From: a virus
Lineage: Duplodnaviria; Heunggongvirae; Uroviricota; Caudoviricetes
Strand: one strand, 5' to 3'
IMG/VR virus record: IMGVR_UViG_3300028025_000093
Span: 24,650 to 88,649 of that record
Length of the DNA stretch: 64,000 nt
Shown piece after piece: positions 1 to 7,799 of this stretch; within the stretch, counting starts at the first letter, position 1, and each line of letters opens with the position of its first letter. Position numbers and translations under genes: made by a program. Under the pieces are notes generated by a model, which was not told the origin of the DNA, ran no database searches, and was given only the letters and a program-made list of their open reading frames with translations.

Positions 1-340
1 ACCAGAAAAAAGTCCCGCAATGGCTATGACAGATAATCCCTATTCTGTTATCCACACTTCTGCGAGGTAGGTGAAAGACCTATCGTAAAAATAGAGTAAT
101 GAGTTGCGCCATTACCTACGGATATCAAGCATGAGGATCGTCGTCCAATATCAGCTAAGACACAATGTTATCTGTTTAGGGACAGAGAGCATTGTTGAAC
201 GTGAATGCAAAAGAAAAGGCAATCCCAACTGTTAGGGAAGAACATCGCTACGTTTAGCTATCCAAGATCTGGAGATGATTACTGATGCCAAAGGTAATCT
301 TAATGCCCAAATGTAGTGAGCCCATGGTCGGCTCTTAAAA
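1..340 (+). ncRNA. Candidate large structured ncRNA (3' part, 5' end probably outside window), GOLLD/ROOL-like context
   Basis: No ORF in track; many stems: TAGGT/ACCTA 68-82, GATAT/ATATC 121-152, ACAATGTT/AGCATTGT 162-195 enclosing TCTGTT/GACAGA, GCTA/TAGC 247-258, GATTACT/GGTAATC 277-299, GAGCC/GGCTC 318-334; abuts tRNA cluster. Confidence 0.55.
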
Positions 341-366
341 TTGTAACAGTACGTTCAACAATGTTT

Positions 367-440
367 GCTCTATTAGTATATTGGTATTATTCCTGTTTTG
401 TAGTCAGGTGAAGGTAGTTCGATTCTATCATGGAGCACCA
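367..440 (+). tRNA. tRNA-Thr(UGU)
   Basis: Acceptor GCTCTAT/ATGGAGC-A-CCA, anticodon loop TTTGTAG, T-loop TTCGATT; U-U mismatch at base of anticodon stem. Confidence 0.85.
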
Positions 441-441
441 A

Positions 442-516
442 GGTAATGTAGCACAGCGGTAGTGCAACTCCTTCATACGGAGTAGGTCGTTAGTTCGAAT
501 CTAACCATTACCACCA
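442..516 (+). tRNA. tRNA with CAU anticodon (elongator Met, or Ile2 if lysidinylated)
   Basis: GGTAATG/CATTACC-A-CCA; stem ACTCC/GGAGT, loop TTCATAC. Confidence 0.9.
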
Positions 517-533
517 AGCATAAGTAGTAGTGA

Positions 534-617
534 GCGCAAGTGGTGGAATGGTATACACGCTGGTCTTAGAAGCCAGTGCCGAAGGGATTGAGAGTTCGAG
601 TCTCTCCTTGCGCACCA
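534..617 (+). tRNA. tRNA-Leu(UAG)
   Basis: GCGCAAG/CTTGCGC-A-CCA; loop CTTAGAA; long variable arm. Confidence 0.95.
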
Positions 618-644
618 AATAACAATAACTGAAAGAGGTTAATC

Positions 645-821
645 ATGGCAACAAAAGGTGGTAATCAAAAAACTCGTAAAGCAGATCCAATGCGTACCAA
701 AACAGGTAAAGAACGTCTTGGTCCATTAAATGTGGCACAGTTGACTGCGTTGAAAGAAAGAACTTCTCAGAAGAAAACCATTGCCAAGATTCAAAAAGAA
801 ATAGATCGTAAGTCAAAGTAA
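645..821 (+). CDS. Small basic protein, 58 aa (MATKGGNQKTRKADPMRTKTGKERLG...), absent from ORF track
   Basis: GAGG SD then ATG at 645, open to TAA 819-821; Lys/Arg-rich. Confidence 0.75.
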   Translation: MATKGGNQKTRKADPMRTKTGKERLGPLNVAQLTALKERTSQKKTIAKIQKEIDRKSK

Positions 822-828
822 AGAATAT

Positions 829-903
829 TCCAAAGTAGCACAGCGGTAGTGCAGCAGACTGTTAATCTGTTGGTCGATGGTTCGATCCCATCCTTTGGAG
901 CCA
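829..903 (+). tRNA. tRNA-Asn(GUU)
   Basis: TCCAAAG/CTTTGGA-G-CCA; loop CTGTTAA. Confidence 0.95.
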
Positions 904-908
904 GTATT

Positions 909-983
909 GGGGGATTAGTGATAATGGGAGCACATGTGCTTTGCAAGCATGAAGTGGGAGTTCGATCCTCCCATCCTCCACCA
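909..983 (+). tRNA. tRNA-Ala(UGC)
   Basis: GGGGGAT/ATCCTCC-A-CCA with G3:U70 identity pair; loop TTTGCAA. Confidence 0.93.
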
Positions 984-992
984 GTTTAGTTT

Positions 993-1068
993 GCCCCAGT
1001 AGCTCATTTGGTAGAGCAACTGATTAGTAATCAGTAGGTGGGCGGTTCGAATCCGTCCTGGGGCACCA
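993..1068 (+). tRNA. tRNA-Thr(AGU), A34 anticodon
   Basis: GCCCCAG/CTGGGGC-A-CCA; stem ACTGA/TCAGT, loop TTAGTAA. Confidence 0.92.
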
Positions 1069-1072
1069 ATAT

Positions 1073-1146
1073 ATCTCGATGGTGTAATGGCAGCATAAGT
1101 GTCTCCAAAACACTTGGTTGGGGTTCGAGTCCCTATCGGGATGCCA
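1073..1146 (+). tRNA. tRNA-Trp(CCA)
   Basis: ATCTCGA/TCGGGAT-G-CCA; loop CTCCAAA. Confidence 0.92.
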
Positions 1147-1148
1147 AT

Positions 1149-1222
1149 GCAGGTAAGCTAAAGGTTAGACGCCAGCCTTCCAAGCTGCGCTGAGTGGGGT
1201 TCGACTCCCCCTACCTGCTCCA
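1149..1222 (+). tRNA. tRNA-Gly(UCC)
   Basis: GCAGGTA/TACCTGC-T-CCA; loop CTTCCAA; U discriminator. Confidence 0.9.
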
Positions 1223-1242
1223 ATTTTTTAATGGAGTGTATT

Positions 1243-1725
1243 ATGAAACGTATCGACATCGATGAAGTAAAACAATTCATCGAGGCACAGAGTCCCAGCA
1301 CTAAGATCTATATCGGTGGTGACTCTGAACGATTCCTTAGCGGAAAAGATTGGTACGCAGATTACACACTCGCCATTGTTGTTCACATCAATGGTAATAA
1401 TGGATGTAAAATCTTTGGCGAAGTTCAGCGTGAGCGTGACTACGACCAAAGAAGAGATCGTCCACGTATGAGACTGATGAATGAAGTGTATAAGATTGCA
1501 GAGTTATACATCAGATTGCAAGATGTTCTTGAAGATAGAGAAGTTGAAGTACACCTAGATATTAACCCAAACGAGATGTACGGTTCATCATGCGTGATCA
1601 ACGAAGCTGTTGGATATATTCGTGGTATGTGTAACGTCATTCCAATGGTTAAGCCAAATGCGTTTGCTGCTAGCTACTGCGCAGATCGGATGAAGCAGAT
1701 TATGTCTGACCGTAAGGCAGCATAA
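1243..1725 (+). CDS. RNase H-like protein, YkuK/DUF458 family
   Basis: IYIGGDS, RLMNEV, EVHLDIN, KPNAFAAS..AD motifs; GGAG SD favours ATG 1243 over 1231. Confidence 0.8.
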   Translation: MKRIDIDEVKQFIEAQSPSTKIYIGGDSERFLSGKDWYADYTLAIVVHINGNNGCKIFGEVQRERDYDQRRDRPRMRLMNEVYKIAELYIRLQDVLEDREVEVHLDINPNEMYGSSCVINEAVGYIRGMCNVIPMVKPNAFAASYCADRMKQIMSDRKAA

Positions 1726-1728
1726 ATA
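1721..1728 (+). promoter_or_regulatory. T4-type late promoter-like box (CATAAATA)
   Basis: TAAATA core ~25 nt upstream of oxygenase cluster; same core recurs before structural operons. Confidence 0.5.
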
Positions 1729-1753
1729 CATTTATCAAACATGTGAGGATATT

Positions 1754-2497
1754 ATGGAAGCACAATTTAAGTACGAGATTCACGATGGTGTCATTGAAAA
1801 ATCCCATCAAGAAGAAGTTTGGAAATATATCCGTGGACTTGAACATTATGCCATGATGAAAGATGCCAACTATCCAAAAGTTGGCACTGTTGTAACTTAT
1901 TTCCCAGAAGAAAACAAAAAAGAATACTACAACAAAGAGTTAGGTTCTTGGAATAGCCAGTTTATGCATAGAGTTGCATTTGGCAATTCTGAGAATGAAT
2001 TGGAATTTAGACACAGACCAATTGCTAAACTTTGGAAAGAAATTAATAAGCATCTTGGTAACAGATTTACCATTGATGGTGATAAAGAAGGATGTTGGTC
2101 TAAAAGTAATCCAAACTTTTTACAACGTGTTTATGTCAACGTTCAAGGTAATGAAGAGATAAAAAGATCGCATGGTGTTCATCGTGACACTATCGATATG
2201 AACGAAACTAAAAACTACACATTGCTCTATATTGCAAATCCAGTTTGGCACCCAACTTGGTTTGGTGAAAATATATTCTACAGCAATGAAGATCCTACTG
2301 GCGATCACCAGCAATTCCAAAAAGGATGGGGACAATCTCGTGGATTCTCAGTTGGTTATCCATACGCAACAATCCCAACAGTTCCAGGTCGCATCATTCT
2401 ATATGATGGTAGAACACTACACACCACCAGACCAGTGGCTGAGTGGGCAGAAGTTTTTAGATACTCCTTAGCGTTTAGGGTTAGACTAAAGGATTAA
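1754..2497 (+). CDS. 2OG-Fe(II) oxygenase (prolyl-hydroxylase-like)
   Basis: HRD, YTLLYIAN..W, GRIILYDGRTLH, RYSLAF: HxD...H triad plus 2OG-binding Arg. Confidence 0.85.
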   Translation: MEAQFKYEIHDGVIEKSHQEEVWKYIRGLEHYAMMKDANYPKVGTVVTYFPEENKKEYYNKELGSWNSQFMHRVAFGNSENELEFRHRPIAKLWKEINKHLGNRFTIDGDKEGCWSKSNPNFLQRVYVNVQGNEEIKRSHGVHRDTIDMNETKNYTLLYIANPVWHPTWFGENIFYSNEDPTGDHQQFQKGWGQSRGFSVGYPYATIPTVPGRIILYDGRTLHTTRPVAEWAEVFRYSLAFRVRLKD

Positions 2498-2498
2498 T

Positions 2499-3113
2499 AT
2501 GTTTACTCTTGTAGAAGATTGCAGTCCATATTATATAAAGTTTACTTATCCAGGTTCGGAAAAGGTAATTGATTTATGCAACAAATTACTGGAAACTTAT
2601 AAATTTGATCATGACAGATTTTTAACATTTGATGAAGAAACTGGTAAAAAAGTATTAGAAGAAACTAAGTTACTTCCATACTTTGATTTAATGTCGCATC
2701 GTGTTTCGATATTTTATACTGATAGACCATATAAATCTCCTGTGCATAAAGATGGAACAGATCATAGAATTAGTATTAACTTTGCAGTTAAAGTTCTTGA
2801 TAATAAATGCACAACAACTTGGTATCCAGATAGTATCGCTGAAGGGTACTCACCAGACTTAGCAGAAAAATATGCAAAAGCCAAACATAAATATCTAGGC
2901 ATCAATTCTAGAGAGTTTGATGATTTTGATGAAGATAAACACAAACCAATTGCAAGTATGGTTGCTAAGCAAGGTGAGGTTATATTATTCAATACTGATA
3001 TTTACCATCGCTGGGCGAATTTGTCACCCAATCATCGTGCCATGCTAACATTAAGAGTTAAGAATCCTGGCGATTTTTATTTTGAAGATGCCAAGAAAGT
3101 ATTATTTGGATAA
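2499..3113 (+). CDS. Cupin / 2OG-Fe(II) oxygenase-like protein
   Basis: PVHKD, ISINF, LFNTDIYH, RAMLTLR. Confidence 0.7.
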   Translation: MFTLVEDCSPYYIKFTYPGSEKVIDLCNKLLETYKFDHDRFLTFDEETGKKVLEETKLLPYFDLMSHRVSIFYTDRPYKSPVHKDGTDHRISINFAVKVLDNKCTTTWYPDSIAEGYSPDLAEKYAKAKHKYLGINSREFDDFDEDKHKPIASMVAKQGEVILFNTDIYHRWANLSPNHRAMLTLRVKNPGDFYFEDAKKVLFG

Positions 3114-3117
3114 CAAT

Positions 3118-4017
3118 ATGAATTTTTGTTATGGTAGTGATGGTTGGATACATTATGATTATAGCATAGTCAATCAACGTGCAACATTCTCAGTTGCACT
3201 AAAACCCACATCAACAGCCAAAGACGATATAAGTTTTGCTCAATCAGCAGATGATGTTGCAAAAGAATTGCATCAAACATACGGCAAAATATTCGTAGCA
3301 ATGAGCGGAGGAATAGACTCTGAGTATGTTGCAAATACATTCCTACGAAACAACATCCCAATCCAACCAATCATATTCAAAGCAGAAGATCTAAATGAGT
3401 TAGATGTTTGGTGGGCGATTGAGTGGTGTAAAACAAATAAAATAGAGCCAGTAATAATTAAACAAACAATCAAACAGTTCTGTGATGGATTGATTAAACA
3501 GTCACACAAATTTGGAGTCAGATGGTTTCCAGGTGTATATGGCATAAATCAGTGTGCCGAGCACGCAAAGAAAAATGGTGGTGTATTGATCACAGGCTCA
3601 GGTAATTATACTCATTACCCAGATCTCGTTTTATCGCAGATGAAGAAAACCAGTGAAGATGTTTATAAGTATGATGACTACCGAATTGTTGAAGACGGAT
3701 ACTATTTTCACTTACCGTTTTTAGTTAGCAATCAACTTAACCCAGAGATGCCATTTAGTTTTTATGATTGGAATCCACAGATAGTTTATAGTTATATAAA
3801 AGAATACGATTTAAATTTTAATAGTGCTGAGAACAAAGCCAGAATAATGGGTTGCGATAGAAGACCAAAGAACGTAGGATACCCAGAATACTTTTGGAGA
3901 ACTGAGCCACTACTTCAAGAAGAAAATCGCAAGAGAAGATTTATTTCCAAACCACAAACTGAAGTTGATTATCTTGGAACTAGAGAACACCTAATGAATT
4001 TACTTAGAGGAATATGA
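3118..4017 (+). CDS. PP-loop ATP pyrophosphatase (asparagine synthetase C-terminal-like, no glutaminase domain)
   Basis: VAMSGGIDSE motif near N-terminus. Confidence 0.75.
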   Translation: MNFCYGSDGWIHYDYSIVNQRATFSVALKPTSTAKDDISFAQSADDVAKELHQTYGKIFVAMSGGIDSEYVANTFLRNNIPIQPIIFKAEDLNELDVWWAIEWCKTNKIEPVIIKQTIKQFCDGLIKQSHKFGVRWFPGVYGINQCAEHAKKNGGVLITGSGNYTHYPDLVLSQMKKTSEDVYKYDDYRIVEDGYYFHLPFLVSNQLNPEMPFSFYDWNPQIVYSYIKEYDLNFNSAENKARIMGCDRRPKNVGYPEYFWRTEPLLQEENRKRRFISKPQTEVDYLGTREHLMNLLRGI

Positions 4018-4709
4018 TGGAATCGATGGAACAAAAACCAATTACCTATGTAAAGCACAATGATGAGGTTGTTGACGAGGTTCATAATCTCTGGCAAACT
4101 CCAGTAATTACTGCCAGACCATTCACTGAAGACTTTATCTGTCAACTTGAAAAAGATGTAAAGTATTTGTTAAAACCTGGAGCACCTGCTACACTTAACA
4201 AAACTAATATCTGGGAATTGCCAGACCTACCTGATAGTTTTAGAGAAGTAGAGAAAAAGTTTATTGAGCTAACTGACAAGTACTATCGCCCACTAACAGA
4301 AATGCCTTTGCCACCATTGTACTGTTCAAAGGGTTATTTCCGTGACATTAAACAAAACAGTGTTTATCGTATTTCACCACACAAGCATGCCCAGACATTG
4401 GGTGTTGGTATAATCTATCTTACTGTACCAAAACGTAACGCTGGTAATCTAGTCTTATTGGACCCACGTGGTGGTGTTATGTGGCACAATCAGTTTACGC
4501 CATTTAAACGTATTGCTGTTGAACGTGGTTTGATGGTTATTCATCCTGGATACTTAGTGCATTTCGTTGAGCCAACTGACTATGATAATGCTAGATATGA
4601 TTACAGAAATGCGTTAGTTTCTAACATTCACTGGAAACACGCTGACTTTATCAAAGAACTTGAGAAGAATGAAGAATCCGTATTCAAAATGGGGAGCATA
4701 GAGGTATGA
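4014..4709 (+). CDS. Putative 2OG-Fe(II) oxygenase, TIGR02466-like
   Basis: PHKH, GIIYL, GNLVLLDPRGG, HPGYLVHFVEP. Confidence 0.75.
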   Translation: MMESMEQKPITYVKHNDEVVDEVHNLWQTPVITARPFTEDFICQLEKDVKYLLKPGAPATLNKTNIWELPDLPDSFREVEKKFIELTDKYYRPLTEMPLPPLYCSKGYFRDIKQNSVYRISPHKHAQTLGVGIIYLTVPKRNAGNLVLLDPRGGVMWHNQFTPFKRIAVERGLMVIHPGYLVHFVEPTDYDNARYDYRNALVSNIHWKHADFIKELEKNEESVFKMGSIEV

Positions 4710-6130
4710 TGTTTTTTGAAAAATATAATGATTTTATGGATGTTGATCCAAGAAAAGACAGAGCATTGACACAAGTTAATGCAGAGTCTATGACCAAGAG
4801 GTGTGAAGTTACTATACCAAAATGGTTAGTAGAAGGTAAAACTATTTTAGATTTAGGATGTTGTTATGGTGCTTACGGACAGTGGGCACTTATGCATGGA
4901 GCAAAACATTATACAGGCGTAGAACTACAAAAGAAGTTTGTTAATCCTGGAAGAGATTTGTTAAATAAGTATCACGACGAATCTAAATTCTCAATGATTG
5001 AACAAGATGCAGCAGAATTCCTTGAACAAAATAATCAGAAGTATGACATAATTATTGCAGCTGGAGTTATCCATGGATATACTGATGTAATACATTTCTT
5101 AAAACTTATTTCCGAACATGCCAATGAGTATGTTCTTATAGAATCAATTGAGTTGCCTGAGCCACACTATCCAAGAATTGAATTTAAACCATATAGAATG
5201 GTAATCCCTAAAATTAATGATAGTGGTCTGTATAGATATTCTGAAGGTATGACTCCTATTGCTGGGTTTAAAGCAGTAACACTAATTCTAAATGAATATG
5301 GTTTTGAAAACGATGGTGGTAGAATTAAACCAGAAAAGATAAACACGTGTCAAGACATATACAATAGTGCTATTGATGACGCAAAAACAAATTCAGATCC
5401 AACTAGAATTACAGCAAATAGATTTATATCTAGATATGTAAAATCTTCTGAAACTAAAAAGGTTTCGTTACAACACAAGACAGAAAAGAATAATGGAAAC
5501 TTCTTACCGAAGCCTTGGAAGTTTGATGATGATGTAGCTAAAAGATTCCAGCGAGAAGCAAGAACTAATATACCAGATTACGATAGAGTTATTGGTATGT
5601 GTTTAGCATTAGCAAACAAAAAATTTGATAAAACCTGTTCAGTAATTGATGTTGGTTCTGCTCTTGGATATACAATTGATGTTTTCACTAAAGACGGATT
5701 TAAAACTGTATCTGGAGTAGATAACTCTAAAGAGATGATTAACCACTGTCCTTACAAAAATTTTATTACATTATCAGATAAGTTACCAAAAGGTAACTAT
5801 GATTTAGTATTGGCTAATTGGACATTGCACTTTGTCAATGAACGTAAGCAATATATCCAAGATGTTTACGATTCTCTATCTGCCAATGGCACGTTTATCC
5901 TGTCAGAAAAAACCACACAGAGCGATGATGTTAAAGAACTGTATTATGACTTCAAACGCAACAATGGTATTACTGATGAATACATATATGAAAAGGAAGA
6001 GAAGCTAAAGGGATATATGAATCTAATGCCTGTTGAATGGTATTTACAAACCCTTGGTGATATTGGTTTCAAGTCAATACAAATTATTAATAGTAGACTT
6101 GGGTTTGTTACGTTTTATTGTAATAAATAA
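4706..6130 (+). CDS. Two-domain SAM-dependent methyltransferase; N-terminal CmoB-like class I domain, C-terminal CmoA-like domain
   Basis: N: GKTILDLGCCYG...GAKHYTGVE; C: WKFDDDVAKRF...IPDY, DVGSALG, VDNSKEMI, NWTLHF, FILSEK, DFKRNNG, aligning with recalled E. coli CmoA. Confidence 0.8.
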   Translation: MMFFEKYNDFMDVDPRKDRALTQVNAESMTKRCEVTIPKWLVEGKTILDLGCCYGAYGQWALMHGAKHYTGVELQKKFVNPGRDLLNKYHDESKFSMIEQDAAEFLEQNNQKYDIIIAAGVIHGYTDVIHFLKLISEHANEYVLIESIELPEPHYPRIEFKPYRMVIPKINDSGLYRYSEGMTPIAGFKAVTLILNEYGFENDGGRIKPEKINTCQDIYNSAIDDAKTNSDPTRITANRFISRYVKSSETKKVSLQHKTEKNNGNFLPKPWKFDDDVAKRFQREARTNIPDYDRVIGMCLALANKKFDKTCSVIDVGSALGYTIDVFTKDGFKTVSGVDNSKEMINHCPYKNFITLSDKLPKGNYDLVLANWTLHFVNERKQYIQDVYDSLSANGTFILSEKTTQSDDVKELYYDFKRNNGITDEYIYEKEEKLKGYMNLMPVEWYLQTLGDIGFKSIQIINSRLGFVTFYCNK

Positions 6131-6639
6131 TGCAAGATCTTTTTCACTGTTTTGAAAACTATCCCAGCTTGAGTTCATCAATTATTCAAGAAGGTAGTAC
6201 TTCTACATTCAGTGAACATTATTATCCACACGTATATAAAGCTGACTGCTCATTTGGTAGTTGTAATTTTGTAAATTTACTAAAACAAAACTTAGGTGAC
6301 GTAACTGCTCTATGGATACAAAACCCACCAAATACATTATACGATTGGCATATTGATAGGGAAATTCGTCAGTGTTCTATTAACTTTGAGATTAAAGAAA
6401 ACCACAATGCCATGGCACTATTTCGTGAACCAATAGGTAAGGGTAAAGACATAATCTATTACAATATACATAAGGTTAAATACGCAATTGGTAAACCAAC
6501 AGTATTGAATGTCAAAAGCCCACACTGCGTAATAAACCACTCCAACGAATCCAGAGTTATATTAAGTTTGTGTGTTCACAAATCGTCATATAAAGAAACT
6601 GTGGATTATATGAAAACCTTAAACATAAGTGAATACTAA
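6130..6639 (+). CDS. Cupin / oxygenase-like protein
   Basis: DWHID, CSINF, LNVKSPHCV, RVILSL pattern shared with 2499..3113. Confidence 0.6.
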   Translation: MQDLFHCFENYPSLSSSIIQEGSTSTFSEHYYPHVYKADCSFGSCNFVNLLKQNLGDVTALWIQNPPNTLYDWHIDREIRQCSINFEIKENHNAMALFREPIGKGKDIIYYNIHKVKYAIGKPTVLNVKSPHCVINHSNESRVILSLCVHKSSYKETVDYMKTLNISEY

Positions 6640-6900
6640 ATGTGGTTCAATAATCATCTAAAAGAAGCTGCACTTTACTCCAGAACTAAAACTGGCGTAA
6701 AGTTCTATTTCACTCATATGCTCTGGGCAATACACTTGGCTGGTTTACTATTTGTTTGGTCATTACTTATGATAGTGCACGCTATTGTACCGCAGCTGGT
6801 AGGATTTACAATACTTGAGAATATAGTTAATTTACTCAAGCAAATGAAACTGCAACATCCCGATGACCCTTTACTAAAAAAGATAAACTTTGATGCATAG
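6640..6900 (+). CDS. Small membrane protein, DUF6356-like
   Basis: HL.E...YF.H...A......MIVHAIVP pattern; hydrophobic core. Confidence 0.6.
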   Translation: MWFNNHLKEAALYSRTKTGVKFYFTHMLWAIHLAGLLFVWSLLMIVHAIVPQLVGFTILENIVNLLKQMKLQHPDDPLLKKINFDA

Positions 6901-7594
6901 ATATGAGATAATTCGAGCTGGTTTGCCAATCACTGCGGCAACAACCACAACAGAGTTTATGGATATTGTAGATACTCTAAAGACAAATCCAAAGTGGATT
7001 GCCGTGACAACCAGCAATGACGAAAAGAACGCACCAGCAGGATATAAAATCCTACGTGAACATAATATATCCCCAGTAGAATTTTCAGTATGGGAAAGTA
7101 ATAGAGATCCCGCAACAGCAACTGTATCACTACTAACTCAATTACATAAACTGCACTCAGAAACCTTATTTGAGTGTGCCGTATTATTAACTCCAGGTAG
7201 CCCTTACATAGATGATGCAATAAGTAAAGTATTGCTATCAGCGTACAACGACATAAGGGTAATTGATACCAAAGGTGCACCACAAATTGCCAGCGACATT
7301 ATTACAGAACTAACTGGTCTAGATACTGAAGTCCGCAATTACCACGATGATTTTGTGTTGATGTTAAATCCAACCATAGATAGATCTCGGGTGAACATTT
7401 TTAGTTGTTTACAAAGGCTATATAATGTAGATCTACGTAAGGTAGTTACTACCCTTCAACCCACCAGAGTAATAGCAGTAACCATTGGCACAGAAATAAT
7501 TACAAAGCAGTACACGTATGACGAGATCCTAGAATGTAGTGACGAACTATCCAATAGCGATACTACTTACACATTTGGGTTTATATTTGATTGA
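6893..7594 (+). CDS. Hypothetical protein
   Basis: 233 aa ORF coupled to neighbours. Confidence 0.65.
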   Translation: MHRYEIIRAGLPITAATTTTEFMDIVDTLKTNPKWIAVTTSNDEKNAPAGYKILREHNISPVEFSVWESNRDPATATVSLLTQLHKLHSETLFECAVLLTPGSPYIDDAISKVLLSAYNDIRVIDTKGAPQIASDIITELTGLDTEVRNYHDDFVLMLNPTIDRSRVNIFSCLQRLYNVDLRKVVTTLQPTRVIAVTIGTEIITKQYTYDEILECSDELSNSDTTYTFGFIFD

Positions 7595-7604
7595 GGAGAA
7601 ATGT

Positions 7605-7799
7605 ATGACAGAACCACTATCGTTTAAAGAACAATGGGAAGCAAAAAAGCTACTCAAGAAGTCAAAGAAGAAAGCACGCAATAATGCCATGAAGGAACAC
7701 GGCATGACTAAAAGCGAAGCTACCTCGGCAGTTAAAAAAGCTGTAGGTCGCATTGCTTCAAATAAACCAACAACTCGTTCAGCTGGTCGAGGAAGATAA
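7605..7799 (+). CDS. Small basic protein
   Basis: GAGGAG SD before ATG 7605; very Lys/Arg-rich. Confidence 0.75.
   Translation: MTEPLSFKEQWEAKKLLKKSKKKARNNAMKEHGMTKSEATSAVKKAVGRIASNKPTTRSAGRGR

Noticed and set aside
1-30. AGAAAAAAGTCC resembling RNase P CR-I (GAGGAAAGUCC) or the group I intron S element
   Set aside because: Match is partial and I could not find the other conserved regions (RNase P CR-V, intron P/Q/R); kept only as an unassigned structured RNA.
442-860. Identical D-arm segment TAGCACAGCGGTAGTGCA in the CAU and Asn tRNAs
   Set aside because: Short shared tRNA arm sequence, explained by common ancestry or conversion; not a repeat element.
1073-1146. Possible suppressor tRNA or alternative genetic code
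   Set aside because: Anticodon is CCA (ordinary Trp); no CUA/UCA/UUA tRNA; long genes are intact in code 11 and TAG/TGA end genes normally.
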